From Eledone cirrhosa (taxonomy: Eukaryota): 64,000 bases of DNA. Positions within the stretch are counted from its first letter, which is position 1. The number at the start of each line of letters is the position of its first letter. Shown here one piece after another: positions 28,385 to 43,247 of the stretch. The notes below the pieces were generated by a model, which was given only the letters and a program-made list of their open reading frames with translations, ran no database searches and was not told where the DNA came from. The DNA is taken from assembly GCA_964016885.1 (NCBI GenBank), contig OZ024740.1:186372001-186436000 (forward strand). Direction: 5' to 3'. The position numbers were made by a program, and so were the translations under genes.

Positions 28385-29009
28385 TATAATATGGCTAAGT
28401 AGGGAATCTTGTTACTCTGGAGTTTGACCTGCGCACTCGCAGGAACAACTCTCTCTTGTATTTCAGCTCCATACTGATATATAGAGAGAGAAAGAGGGAG
28501 ATTAGAAACGTATATGCAAGTATACAATATGTGTACGTATAATAAATTGTATATATAAATATGCTGTGTGAGAATGTCAGACATTAGTGTTTCAGAATAT
28601 GTATTCATCTTCAGTGACGTTTACTCAATCGGTAGTGAGGTAAGAATTAGCTAGAGTTTATATAGATTTAAGTAATACGTCAGCTGAGAATGCTGATTCT
28701 CATATAATGTAAGCATGGCGGGCTGGTATTAATTAGAAGTAACTATAACAACGCGATTTATAATATATATATGAAAGCATATACAATATGTTTATGGATA
28801 ATAACCATAGATGTATCTAGATATGGAAGCGTTTGTCATGCCCACAGCTATCTCAGTAACCATATAGAAACGAGCATCTCCAAAAGTACTACAACGTTCA
28901 AAATTCCTATAACTTGTAGCTTATTCTTGCCTCAGTATCGAGTGGGTAAACGTCTGCGACATGTTCCCAACTCCGAGAGCGTGACTTCGTTCGTTAAAAT
29001 TCTTAAGTA

Positions 29010-29265
29010 TGTTGATAAGTGTGTTGGACTTACGATCATAATATCATGGGTTCGATTTCTGGACAGGGTTGTGTGTTGTCTTCATTTTCACGTTGCTCCA
29101 GTATACTCAGCTGTAAATGAGTACTAACAATAGCTGGGGGTTTAACCCAGCGATTGCCTGGTGTCATGACCCGGTGGGGGTCTTGTACTCTCACTCGCTT
29201 AATGCCACGGAAACCGGGTGAAGCACCTACCTGATGAGCCTCCGGGCTCGAAACAGACTTTAAAC
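29010..29265 (+). mobile_element. SINE family B copy
   Basis: Box B GGTTCGATTTC; homologous to 23597-23875. Confidence 0.75.
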
Positions 29266-30623
29266 TCTTATAATATATGCTTTTATAATCGCCTCTATTA
29301 TGAATCATGCTATGTTAGAACTACTACTAGATACATATATGTATGCGTGAGTGTGTTGTATTTATACTGTGCGTGAATGTGTGTGTGTGTGCGCGTATGT
29401 ATGTGTCTGCGTGAGTATGTGTGTACACGAGTATGTGTGCGTGTATGTGTATCTGTCTGTGTATAGTATATGTCTTGAGGAGATGGTTTCTGTTGTTTAA
29501 GAATTTTTAACGAACGAAATCAGTTTTGACAACAGACACATTATTAGACAGTAAGTTTTCCTGGTCAATAAGTTAACCTCGTTGTTACTTAAATTGAAAC
29601 AGTGAGTCTTAATCAATAACTAATGAATATACTGACCAAGCATCGCACAGAAAAAAAAAGAGCTGCCAGAAGGAATTTATTTATGGCTTTTAAAAGTTCT
29701 TGAAATTACAAAAAAAATGGACTCTGAAGGAAATATTTTGTTTGTTTTTCCTTTAGTTTTGTTTTTTCTTCGTATTTTTTCCCTACTATGAATGACAACC
29801 AAGACAAATGTGTAGAATATAATAACTGTCATGAGTGAGAAAGTTACCATAACCAAACTTTGAAGAGGAGACGTCATTTGTCAAAGTCAATGTTGTCTTT
29901 TTAACGATATTAAGTGGACCACCTTCCTCCCACCTCACTCCATATCACCCTACCCAACCAAAAAACAAAACAAAAAAACAGATAAATAATAATTAAGGAT
30001 CAATGAGAAAGCTTCGAATTTCGTTTTGGGAATGGAATGTTTCTGAGGTATAGTGGCTGATATTGTTTTTACTTATTTATTTATTTATTTATTTATTTAT
30101 TTTTTTTTTTTTTATTATTATTTTTTTTTTTTTTTTTTTTTGATTTTAGTCATGTTAACAAGACGTAAGAAGACGCTCTGCTAATATAATGAAGAAGAAG
30201 AAAATCGATAAATGTGCTATGAATAAGATAAATTATTTTATTTTTCGTTTTTATCATTCTTCTCAGAAGAAAATGAACACAATTCGTGTTTGGTACCCAC
30301 TGTTATACCTCGTATGTTATAAGCATATATGATAAGGAGAAAGAAAAAAATGAAACATCTGGTCACTGTGTGCCATTGAACTTTGCAATTCCCACATTAT
30401 ATCGTAACTCAAGAAAACCTTACTTGCAGCAAGTACTACCTAACTACTCTTTATAAATATGTGCATTTGAGTGTGTGTAAATGTGTGTTTACGTTGTGTG
30501 TGTGTGCAATGTTTCTACACATGTGGATATACATATATATATGAATATGTGTGTGTGTGTGTGTGTGTGTGTGTCTGTGTGTGTATGTGTGTGTCTGTGT
30601 GTGTCTGTGTGTGTCGTTGTATA

Positions 30624-30725
30624 TATGGAGTGTTCCAAAAATGTATACACACTTCAACAGCATTCTAATAACTATTGCTTGTACATGTAATCAAAGTGTG
30701 TAGTGTATACATTTTTGGCGACACC

Positions 30726-30785
<60 letters not shown>

Positions 30786-30803
30786 GGTGTCGCCAAAAAT
30801 GTA
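30624..30803. mobile_element. Tc1/mariner-type MITE (~105 bp) plus an extra orphan TIR across a (TA)n
   Basis: Right TIR GTGTATACATTTTTGGCGACACCCTG-TA (30703-30730), degenerate left TIR at about 30624-30650, third TIR CACGGTGTCGCCAAAAATGTA at 30783. Confidence 0.65.
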
Positions 30804-30967
30804 TTTGATGTCAAATACCAACCCTACTACCATCTACAAACTGACAAATGAGAATCAAGACTACTCCTGCTGACAACATTAAATTATTCCTAACAAGCTC
30901 ATATGTCCCAAGGCTCTGATACCATCAACACTATAAACACAGAGCTGGCATATCTAATAACTGACTA

Positions 30968-31023
30968 ACTGCCTGATGAGATCATAGCCATTCAATGGCT
31001 ATCATTGAAATATATATAGCAGT
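30968..31023 (+). ncRNA. Type-I hammerhead ribozyme followed by AATAAA (same family as 26495-26569)
   Basis: ACTGC-CTGATGA-GATCATAGCCAT(TCA)ATGGCTATCATT-GAAA-TATATA-TA-GCAGT-A-AATAAA. Confidence 0.78.
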
Positions 31024-31068
31024 AAATAAAGGATTATGAGTTCATGCAATTGACTTATGTTTCGTCAC

Positions 31069-31140
<72 letters not shown>

Positions 31141-31284
31141 TATATATATATACATATATACATATGTATGTGTGTATATATATATATACACACATATATA
31201 TATATGTACGTATAATATATATTTATACACACATATATATGTACGTATATATATTTATATATACGTATAATATATGTATACATG

Positions 31285-31387
<103 letters not shown>

Positions 31388-31493
31388 AAAGATAGAACTA
31401 CACAAACAAATCTCAAACAAAAGTAAAGAATTTAAAATGATAGTATGTAATTGCCATTTAAAAAAAAAGAATAGCTCAATGTGTTTATATAAT

Positions 31494-31679
31494 TGTTTCT
31501 ACTTTTGGCACAAGGCCAGCAATTACCCAGTACATTACTGGTACTTTATTTTATCGACCCCGTAAGGATGAAAGGCAAAGTTAACCTCGGCGGGATTTGA
31601 ACTCAGACCGCAAAGGGACGTAACTATGCTGGAAAGCATGGCGTCCGACTCTCTACCGATACTGCCAATCCACCGCCCT
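31494..31679 (-). mobile_element. Full-length SINE family A with 14-bp TSD
   Basis: TSD TGTGTTTATATAAT at 31480-31493 and 31680-31693. Confidence 0.9.
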
Positions 31680-33121
31680 TGTGTTTATATAATATATAGC
31701 AGTTTGAAGAGGAAAAGATATTAGTGAGGAAGAGTAGTTATTAAGGCAGAGCAAATATAAACAAGTGTATTAATGGAAGAATTTTACTTCTTTCTCCAAC
31801 AACCATATTTGTTCTCTTACAAATGTTTCGAAAGATATACAAACTCTATTCTTCGAAATGTTTATCTATAGATTTAGATATATGGCTTTCGAGTCAGATT
31901 CTTTATCCTCAGAAATTTAAAGGTCTTTTTACTGAAAAGAAGGACAAGACGACGAACCGAAACAAAACAAAACGAAAAACAATTTTTATGGGGAAACCTT
32001 AAAAAATTATTTATGAAAATAAATATACAAACGAAGCACCCAGGACTTCGTGGTCATCGGCTGTTGAGATAGACTTAGTCAGTTTCGACCCCTACCAACG
32101 GTACTGCTGGTACATCCAGGGTCACAACGTCTGACATAAGCCAAATGCTGTCCAAAGGAGTAAGAGACGAAAGACAAACAATAATTTATAGCCGTTAAGC
32201 TACAAAACATACAATTTTGTGTGATGATGGGGAAATGTCTAGTGCTTCATATATATATAACAAGTACGTATATACATTTATGTATATGTTCATATATGAG
32301 TACAAATATATAGTATGAATGCATTTTGAGCAAACCTAGTTTTCTTGAGGGGGGGGGGGGGGGGGGTTACTACTAACACCATGGATACTATCAGCGCATA
32401 GAAGTTTAAGTACATACTGTATTTATATTTTGTATACAGAACGTCCCCTTTGACATTTCCCCCCACCCTATTATTTGAACGTATGTATGTGTCGTTATTG
32501 TTTATTCTTTCCAGAATCGATGTTGTCAGTTGAATGAGATCTGACTGCTATTTTTAGCATATTGAGTGACCAGGAAGGGTGTCTATCATTGAGTCTATGT
32601 AGGTGGTGCTTTTTTATCACAAATTGTACCTGGTCAAAAGCTTTCCAGTCTTGACCATCACGTCGTTTTAAGAGTAGCTATGATTAATTTGTCCCTATGT
32701 CCCTCCCTAACTTTAAACAGTGGGGTGTGATTTAAGAAAGATTTGGCTGCTATGTCTAGCGTCTAGCTAAATGCACCCCTGTTGACATTGTATATACCAT
32801 AGAAGCACCTTATAATCGCGGATAATGTTATCAACTAGTTAATGTTAACAAATTTAGTGGACCTCAAACAGCCTCTGCGCTTAAAGTTATCTGCCAGCCA
32901 TTGCCATTAAAAGGACTTGGTCCCAAAGTGATCACATTAAGCGACTTCAAATGTGGCTAAATAGGTATCTAGGTAGGTAGTTAAAGAGGGAGGCTGGGTG
33001 GCAGATAGGTAACCATTGTGAAGATATCGTTTGGTAACTTTCATATTTGTACGCAAATGACGAAAGATGGATAAAATAAACACAAACAATCATCTGCCTG
33101 TCTCTCTCTCTCTCTCTCTCT

Positions 33122-33176
<55 letters not shown>

Positions 33177-33611
33177 TCTTTCAATGAGTATGTGTGATCT
33201 AAGTCAGACATTGTATGATTTAATTCAATGTTTCAATAGTATCCGCAGAGCCAATGTAGTTTAGTGCCTTCTTTTCTAGGTCTTTACCGCTTCTCATATG
33301 TGAATGTATGTGTGTGTGGAGGTGGGGTTAGTATACTCTACTTTCTCTAACGTATGGAGTCCTAAGTTAAACAATGGTCTACCAGTTGGAACTAGTAGCA
33401 TCTTATCCATATATGAGTGTTTCAAATAAAAGCATTAGTCATTAGCTAACATCTTTTTTCCACCCTAATTATTCTTAGTTTAAATATATAAATACCGATT
33501 TCTGATATTAACACACAATTACTGATTCTAACGAGTCTACCACTTCGCTACATATGGTTATGTGTAATATCATTATATAAAGCAGTCATGTAGTGTCAGT
33601 TAAAGTCTGAA

Positions 33612-33882
33612 AGGTTTAAAGTCTCTCTCGAGCCCAGAAACTCATTAGGCCAGTGTTTATCCTGATTTTTGTGACATTAAACGAGTGGGAGTACAAGACT
33701 TCTTCCTAGACAGGACTCTAGTTCATCGCAGGGTTTAGCGCCCAGCTTCTGCTGGTACGCTTTTTCAGCTGGGTGTACTAGAGCAACGTGTATTTAAGAA
33801 CAGAACAGGCAATCCAGTCCATGAATCGAACTCAACGCGTTATGATCGTAAGTCCAACACATTTACCACTAGACCACACGCC
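33612..33882 (-). mobile_element. SINE family B copy
   Basis: Reverse complement aligns with 23597-23875. Confidence 0.7.
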
Positions 33883-36759
33883 TCGAGAGTGTCAGTTAAG
33901 ACACTAAAGTATTATTTGTTTAATCCTTTTAACAATTATTTCTAGTATTCAAATAGAAATAACATAATAATTCCTACTTAGCTTTTTAATGCTCAAAGTA
34001 TTAAATATGCTCTCACTAACTTAACATTATCTAGTAATTATCTCTCCATGTTATGAATTCAAATCCCGTTGGTGACACAAACTTTTGATGTTGCTTAGTC
34101 CTAGGTTAAGTCAGATCAAATAGTATTTCAGCTACTGTGGCAATAATACTTTTTAAGAGAATCTAGTACTACATTGTTTAATGTGTCCCTCTTATTTTAA
34201 AATGTTAAATGGGAGAGAATTTGTTGGTGTCTCTAGCAGGATTCCTGACTTCATAAATGCTCTCTTGTTAGTTTGCCAACTTTCATGTTTCATCGTTTTG
34301 CAGACGATAAATTTAAATACCCGTAATACCCTGAGGTAAATCCAAATCTATTAAACTCTAACTGAAAATAAAAACTTAGTAGCCTCATGTGTGTCCAGTC
34401 AATAACGAATCAATATTGCAACTGTGTGCATCTTTTTTATTTTATTTATGTATTTACTTACTTATCCTTTAGTTCTACTGAAAGAGTTAGTGCCAGAAAC
34501 ATTAAAAGAATGGACACTGGAAGGTTTACAAGGCTTAATGATGCATTGCCAAGATGGTCAATTGTCCTTCTATTATACACATACACATTTACTTAGATAT
34601 TTTCGACTGATCTACAAACTAAATATTCTTCTAAGAACCCGATATACAGAATATAGTATATATACCGTATTCATCTTTTATGAAGAATTTACTTTACACA
34701 CACACACAATACATATATATATATATTTATAGTATATATGATGATATATATATTAACACACATTACACACACAAACAAACATACATAGACGCACAATATA
34801 TATATATATATGTGGTGGTGGTGGCAGTAGTAGTAGCAATGGTGGTGGTGGCGGTAGTAGTAGCTGTGGTGGTGGTGGCGGTAGTAGTAGTAGCAGTGGT
34901 GGTGTTTATTCTTCAGGTGTTAGATTATGTTTGGTACGTTATTATTACTGGTCCATTTAACTAAATACTTTAAATTCCTCAGGTGATTTACGTATCAATC
35001 AAAAGCAGCAGTTCCCCACCACTACCAACACATACCAACACCCCGACCAGCAAAATTACCAACCCCTATACATACACACGCTATATTCTTTCTTTTAAAT
35101 ATAACTAACGTTGCATTAAACATTAGTTCCAGTATTTTTTCCATTAAAGGTATAGCGGAGTGATTATTTACCGATGAGAAGGTTAAAGAGCTTAACACTT
35201 TTCTTTTATTTTGTTTTTTTTTTTTGCATCTTTTTTTTTTTCTTTAAAAAACTCTCATCTCGGCTATTCAAGTAGTAAAAACTGAATTATCCAATGACTG
35301 ACGCCGTTTCATTCGCTGTCTTCTAATTCTTTCAATGAGCCATTTTCTTTAAATCTATGGTTCGTAGATTATGCTTCCCTTTTTCTTTTCTTTTTGTATT
35401 TGTTTTTGTTGGGTTTTTTTTTCGATTTTACTATCTATCTATCTGATTGCATCACATGCCGGACAAAGTGTCAGAGGGGAATTTACTTAATGTTAGTTTA
35501 TATTATGAGTTCAAATCACTTCATTTCTTTACATCATTACCTAGATTGATAAAATAAGTACCAGTCAAGTGCAAATATCAATTTAATCAACTTCATCCCT
35601 TCCCCTTAATTTTGCGGACTTGGATCAACGCAAGAAATGTTTACTAAATTCACAAAAAAGCATTAGCGAACTGGAAGAGATGCTAGATTGCAGAACTAAA
35701 TTTTTCGCAATATTTCTCTCCATTCTTCTACGCTGTGTCTTCAAATTTCTCCAAGTCCAGGTTTGGTTTTCTGTTTCTTAATGGCGTTCATTCAACTGAA
35801 TGCATCATTTATTTATAAGTGATTTTTGCGTTGAACCACATTAAATGTCCTTATTATATTTAGCCTAAAGTAGAGTATGTTGACTAAGATTGCAGATTGC
35901 CGTTATAAATGCCCTACTGTATTCAGTTTCATTCCTTTACATCTTGATGTGAACATTTACTGCAGTTGTCTTTCACCTATCCACGGTCAACAACAAAATG
36001 TAATTGTAACTCCTATGTTATACACTTCTAGGTCGATAAAAAAGAAACAGCCCCATACTGCAGTCGATGCTTTCACTATATCTCTTTTTCCATTCCTCTC
36101 TATCGTTCTCACTCATTCTCTGGAAAACGTCGGCTGTGTTCAGACCTGGAAAAGGATGGGCTCCGCCAGTATTAAGATGCCAAGAGTAACAGCGCCCGTA
36201 CAACTTCATCAGAGGTTACAGGTCCATACACATATTCATGTTGTATGTAGCCAGCAATGTTGTATTTGTATTATTTCCCTATGCGTATATCTGGAGGAAA
36301 GCAACAGTTGTGTTTGTCGTCAAGCTCTAAGTCAGTTGTAATCAATCAGATTTTTCTATACGTTGAAACGCCGGGTGAAAGAATAGTAATGATCTTCAGA
36401 TCTATTATTTCCGATATGCTATATCTTCGACTATCTCAGAACCTTACTGTGCAATTCGATATGCAATGGTAACTCGTTTCCGGGGTGCCCAGAAACTGAT
36501 AATATTTAGCTGTCGAATTCGATGAGCGAGAAAATGGTAAGAGGTAATAATAGTAAATGTATGATTTCAAAAAAATAATTTTATAGTTAGTCCAATTTTC
36601 TTTTATACGTTAGCTTGGTTATAATTTCTTAGCTGGTGTACAACTCTAAACAGCAGGAGGCTGTCAGAATATGTTAGGGATTGGATCCCATTAGGAGGAA
36701 TGATTTACCTCTTGAGGTTTAGGCTGAAAGTGTGAGTGGTGCAAGTTTTTGTGAGTGGT

Positions 36760-37170
36760 GCAAGTTTTTACACCAAACAAGGAGTCAGAATACAGATCCG
36801 TCCTTGATGAAGTCACTGCAGCGTTAGATGTAGTTAACAATGAGTCATATATCCTAATCGAGACTTCAATGCACACGTTGGTACTGACCACCTGACATAG
36901 AAAGGAGTGATAGAAGGGAATAGCGACCCCGAGCTAAATACAAATGGGCAGGCCTTACTAAACTTCTTTTCTAGTAATGGACTCTTTATTATGAACAACT
37001 TCCAATACAGAAGCATCCATAAATGTACATGGTATAAGGGGAATCACAGACAGGGATCAAAAATTAATTTTGTTATTGTTTTTGATCTCTTTGATTTTGT
37101 GCTGGATGTTCATGTAAGAGACGGGTTGTCAACTGATCAACATCTACTTGTCTGGAACTTGAGAAAACCT
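36760..37170 (+). pseudogene. RTE-clade LINE apurinic-like endonuclease fragment
   Basis: QVFTPN..DFNAHVG..NTNGQALLNF..HKCTW..KINFVIV..STDQHLLV, matching APE motifs DFNA, TW, ID and SDH. Confidence 0.75.
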
Positions 37171-39764
37171 ACAGCCAAAGAAGCCCACAAATCTGTAATA
37201 TCTCCAGTACTTAACCTCGGACGAGGACTACTAATTCTTTCGAGCTATGTAATCTTGGAATGTCTGTCCTTATTCTGATTAAAACAGTATGTGATATTAG
37301 GTGCAAAACAGTATATTCCATATTAATCTCATTCTCCTCGGATATTCACAACTTTATCCAGTATATTAATTTACAAACGTGATGCACATCTTGGTCCATA
37401 CCAAAGTTTTGGCTGTTTACTGGGATTTGTTTGTCCTAGTGTGTTATATAATGCAATTAAAATTAAATTTATATTAGTGAGTAATGACGTCTCCATCCTG
37501 CATTTTATGGACCTTCTTCTGAATTTAGTTGTGCAACACTGATTTAGACTATACAGGCAAACAATTGTGCGAGTACAACATATCCATACGGCAACGCTAT
37601 ATTCCATACAACTAACTACTGCATATCAAAGTTAGCAATATGGTATTCAGTGTGGTAAAGGGGTGAGGTGAAAAGATTAAGTTGCATCCGAACCAAAGAA
37701 TATTCATGAATTGCAGAAAGTGTTTACATATATTGAAGCCTAGCATTCGAATATTTGGAAGGGGGTCTAAAAGAAACGTGGTTCTTGATAAAATTCTTCA
37801 CAGGGGATCTGGTAGATATGTGAAGTATGTAGACCTGTAAACTCTCTTCCACCCATTTGGAAGATGCATCTGTAAATTTATCATTAACCCAATGCGAGAT
37901 GACCGGAGTTGGAAATATTTGAACAAACCAGAATTAATCTGCGACTAAACAACAATAACTACTACTACACTTATAATATTAAATCGATCCTAACCAGTTT
38001 TAAACTCTGAACAACTATTTCTTGTTTCCTAGTTTCACACTACATGATTGAATTCCTGATAAAAGACGATAATTTTAGCAACAGATTTTAATAGGCTCTA
38101 CTATTTTTGATAGTCTCAAATGGAATTGATCAATCAATATTAATTTATTCCGCAGTTGCGTGGTCATTGGAGAGTAACTTACGTGTCTTTTGCTCATCTC
38201 TAAATTTGTGATTAGTCTAATCGTTTTCAAATCGCCTACGATGATTCGTATTAAGTTACTCGCTAACAAACTCCAGCCGCTGGTTCATAGACGTGTTGCT
38301 TCGTCACTCTGCTGCCTTTTTCTACTGATACTACCATGATTTCTGTTTATCGGATCTGGCTGGTCTTGCTTTGCCTTTTTCTACTAATATTACCTTTTCC
38401 TGCCGACTCACCACATTCTTCTTTCCCACTCTCGGCCTTCAGGTTTTATCACTCTTCAGGCCTCGCACTAACACTATTCACAGTTTTTCTCCTCATAATA
38501 TAATCTCTCTAGAATTCCCTTTGCTCCTCGGATCTGGCTAGTCTTGTATCACTGCCACAGATTCCCTCCCGACTCCATTAATATTAGCGCTCTAGAATAC
38601 CCTCCCTGTCCATGTTTTTCTTATATTCATCTACATGCATCTGTTCAAGAGGAACAATAACTGCCTCGATCTGTTTCGGAGAGCCTTCGACGGCAATGAA
38701 CACACTGACTCCTCATCAAAAAATATATCAACAATCCTCATCAATCAATATAATCTATATATAAAGGCCATTGCATTTCGCATTGGATTTGAACTCGGAA
38801 TCATATGAATAAGAAGCGAACTTATCAGCTATCAAGTCATGACTAAGTAGTTATGATGGCCAGCCTTTTGTTACAGTTCTTCGTGTGACCTGTTTATTCT
38901 TTGTGAAATGGCAGTTTGTCTATGATACAAATATGTATCTACCCAAATACTTTTTTTTAGTTTTATGGCTTTTCATGTCTGATACGCAGGTCTGTTGATG
39001 TCAACTTAGTGGATGGATAATTGAATTCACAGTTGTGAGGTTGTAAGTTTAATTCCCAGGACCAGCGATGCATTATGCTCTTGGGCAGGACACTTTATTT
39101 CACGTTGCTCCTTCTGCTCTGAGTTGAGACCGGAATATAGTATCAGCAATTGGAAAGACCAATGGAAACATTATTACCTTGATCCGATCTGATAAGGTTC
39201 ACCCCACTCGTTAAGCGAATGAGGCCTGGGATCTTGTCGATATATTGTTACAAAATATGTAACTGTCTGCTTTAACATTATGGCAGAGCAAGTTTAAATT
39301 TCTTGTAAAAAATATACAGAAAATTAAGTTAACTCTGGTATCCATCTCGCTTGAAAGTCAAGATCTACGTGAATTTGCTTTATCTCTGTGTCTAAAGATT
39401 TCGATCATCTTTTGGAGTTATTCCCTGTTTGGTTGTTGTTTTTATTTTAATGATTTTTTATTTCAACTAATCTTTCTGAATCTGTTTATCAACGTTTTTC
39501 ACGTAAGACCATAGGCAGTTAGAATCGTTTGAGCGTCTGACAAATATCTTGCGGCATTCCTTGAAGGCCTTCGCATCTCGAGCTCAAAGCCTGTCGAGGC
39601 AAACATTCAACTTTGCTTTGCATCATTCCAGGGTAAAAAAATTAAAGAAATTAAGTAACAGTTAAGTCCAGGCGCTGATTTTCTCTCTCTCTCTCTCTCT
39701 TTCTCTCTCTCCGGTTGTGCTGTGCGAAAGGCGTGAGGGGCCACTCATAGTATCTCTTCCAAAA

Positions 39765-39943
39765 TAGTGCCGGATTTAGACTTGGAAAGACTCTAATCTA
39801 TATGAAGTTTGTGAACCTCTTATTTAATTTTACAACAGACGGTTTTACAAATATTGGAAACATATATTAACCATTTTCAGACGCCTGCAAATTGTAAGGC
39901 TATATGGCATTGATTGTTTAGCCAATGTCAATATCCGGCACTG
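39765..39943. mobile_element. Possible old MITE
   Basis: TIR AGTGCCGGAT / ATCCGGCACT; no clear TSD. Confidence 0.4.
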
Positions 39944-40059
39944 AGCCTATGACAACTATTTCCACTCTATCGTAGTAGGGTAGTGCAGTCGCCTAGTCTT
40001 TGGTAACAGAGTGGCATATTATTATTATAATACATATGTTGGGCGAATATTATGATAAT

Positions 40060-40380
40060 GCTTTGACGCATAGAGTTACGGCCCTTGCCATTCTGAGTTC
40101 AAATCCCGCCGAGGTTAACTTTGCCTTTCATCCTTACGGGGTCGATAAAATAAAGTACCGGTAATGCACTGGGTAATTGCTGGCCTTGTGCCTAAAGTAG
40201 AAACAATTATGATAATACATATGTGAAGCGAATTGGCAGAGTCGTTAAAATGTCGAATAGAATGATTTGTGTATTCGTTCCGGCTCTCTGCTCTCTGAAT
40301 CTAAATCCCCAACGAGGTCAACTTTGCCTTTCGCCTTTCCAGGTCGATAAAAAATATACCAGTCCAATACTGTGGTCGAT
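40060..40380 (+). mobile_element. Two SINE family A-related copies
   Basis: GAGTTCAAATCCCGCCGAGGTTAACTTTGCCTTTCATCC..; the second copy is more diverged. Confidence 0.8.
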
Positions 40381-42352
40381 TCTTTCTCTATATCTCACTT
40401 CCTCTCACTTTCTATCCTTCTATGGGAGAAATCTGCTGAGTGCAGACCAGGAGAAGGATGAGCTCCATCAAGCTTAGGATGCACTACAGTGCTCCTACGA
40501 CTCTATTAGATGTTACAGAACAATACCATAGATATATGAGACCATACCGCATTTCGTTGTAGGATATACATGAACTGCGTCTTAGATTGCTTTCTCTTTA
40601 TTTATTCACTTGGTAGGGGTGGGAGATCTGACTGATATATGCTAATTCATTAATTCATTGTTGTTGTTGTTTCATTCCAAGGCACCCCTTACCCAACAGA
40701 CGTATTACCAAAGACATTCTAGTCATGACCATCCAATATTTTTCGTTTGCGTTATTCACTATGTCCTTCGCATCTTTTGTGAAATAAACTATAGTGTACT
40801 TTGAGGGAGATTTCTCTACTATTTCTATCAAATCGAAGGGCTTTGTGTAGAGAAATCGAATCGACCATTTAACTGTGCCACAGTTTTATTACATCGTTAG
40901 TTTATAAATGTCAGAAATGTCACAACACCGACAGCTGAAATAAATGAACACAAGGAGAAAATCACCGTCAATTTACAGAAAATAAATCGCTTGAAAAACG
41001 ACACACAACATGCCATAAGAAAACTTCAAGAAATGATTGATTTAAGTTTTTCCATGGTTTTATTTACAATATTAAATAGAATTGGATTTTTTATTATATA
41101 TGTTTAAGGCCATTAAACGAATTGTATTCTCATTGTATATAAGTCTGTATTGTCAGTTCGTAAGTGACTTAAATATTTTTGTTCAATTGCTTTAGCAATT
41201 ATTTTTGGTATTTAACTGAAATGAGGCATGTTTTTTGTGGCTTTCCATTTAACCAGAATTGCGACATTTTCTATGTAAATTCTCCTACCTAAAATGTGAC
41301 TTTTTTCTGAGATATTTTTGATTGCATATGAGTTTATTTATACCATTAAAGTATTTCGTTTTATGAACAAAATATAAGCATGTTTATTTTTTCTCTTATT
41401 TCTGCCGATCTGGAACTTATTGATGGTTGTTTTTGTTTTTGCCCTCCCCTCTTTTTCTCTTGTTTTTTCTCTTATATATGTTTATATTTGTGTTTATCAG
41501 CATTATATTTGTAATGTTCTTCTGAACGAATTGCGAGCAATTTATAATGTTATTTACGCATTTGTTATTTATGTATATATTTAAAACATATTTGTAATGT
41601 TATTTATACAAGTGTGAATAAAGTATTTTTTTAATTAAGTCAACCAGAGACAAATCTCCGATCATTTAGGACACTAGCCAATCTCAGCATTAACTTGAGT
41701 CTAATCGCATGTGAGATTTATCAGGGGGAATTTGAATTCTTTATTCGGCAAATCTCAAGTAGAAAGACTCGTTAGAGCGGGGGAATTTGTGTTTCATGGT
41801 ATCCGTTCCGTTATTCGGCGCTCCAGATTTACATCGTGGTATAGTCAACTTTGCCTTTCAACCATTTAAAGTCAATTAATAAAATACCAGTTCAGGCTGG
41901 TGCATTGGCAGAAGTGCGATGCTTGCGAGATGTCTTTTGACACCTTGAATACATGTTCGCCAGCGATGACACTGAGGCCTAGCTGTATCGGACAATAGCA
42001 GAAACGTGGAGAGAGTGGGCTGCTGGTCTTCCACAAAAAAAGCTTCTCCAGGATCACAGCATCGAGGTGCAAACTCATGGGAGGAAGGGAGACGGTGGTG
42101 AATCAAAGCCAATAGCTCACTTGTATTATATATATATATATGTGTGTGTGTGTGTATCCGGTTGACTTCAGAAAGATTGAGACGACTACATTTTAAATTT
42201 TCTCTATGTAAATTACTATTACAATAGTCGACCTGAATGAATAATTGTTGGGAAAATAGAGTAAAATGTCACTGGAGAAGGAAAAAGTAGACGGCGACTG
42301 TCAATTTACAGTGATATACTATTGCAATAGTCATTTACGTTGGGATAGCTAT

Positions 42353-42414
<62 letters not shown>

Positions 42415-43247
42415 CATACAATAAAGTATGGGATTTCATTCGCTTTTGGAAATATCCGATCAAGGATGAATTCACGAGCTTCGAAATCATCAGGAAACAA
42501 ACTCACTTGGACCGAGATTTTTCTTAAATGATCCCCGCCAGAAACGAATTCAAAATGGCTAAGAACTGTGACGTGGTAGTGGTCAAGTCAGAAAGAATGT
42601 GATTGGTGCCTTACGGCGAGTGGGCTGGTTGCTAGAAAGCGCAGCCTAATATTGCCTAAATTGCATCTCAACCATATGGGAGATTATCAAATATAAAGAT
42701 TTACATATATATAAACTAGACAAAGTCATAGATATATATATATTTATATGTTTTTGGCAACCATTCACGATGTGGCTCAATGACGAATTCATTGATTAAA
42801 TAATCAACAATCAGAGCAATATACAATAAAGTATGTCCATAGAATCATATGATAAAATATATACATTATTCCCTCTCTTATCAGCATAATCAACCACAAA
42901 AAAAAACAACAAATAAACAAGGCTATAAGATTAAAAGACACCTATGAAGAAATAATAGATAAATAAATGACAGCTATCTATTCGCGATCAACAGCTCGTG
43001 TTTTCCTCACACATTACTTATATATATATTTAGTCATTATACTACGATTATGGTGGGTCACCGCCTTGAATTAATCTATCATATCGAGCGGGGTACTTAT
43101 TGTTCAAGTATATAATCATCGATCCCTTTTATTATCTGTCAGATTATTGGACATAAACACAGACACAAACATAATCACAGACACTGACTCGCATATACAT
43201 AGATGAATACATAATACATACATGCATACATACACACATACATACAT

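Noticed and set aside
29228-29262. CTGATGAGCCTCCGGGCTCGAAAC hammerhead-like string
   Set aside because: No stem I or stem III and a 2-nt register error. It is the 3' stem-loop of SINE family B, whose other copies (23841, 33630) lack GAAA.
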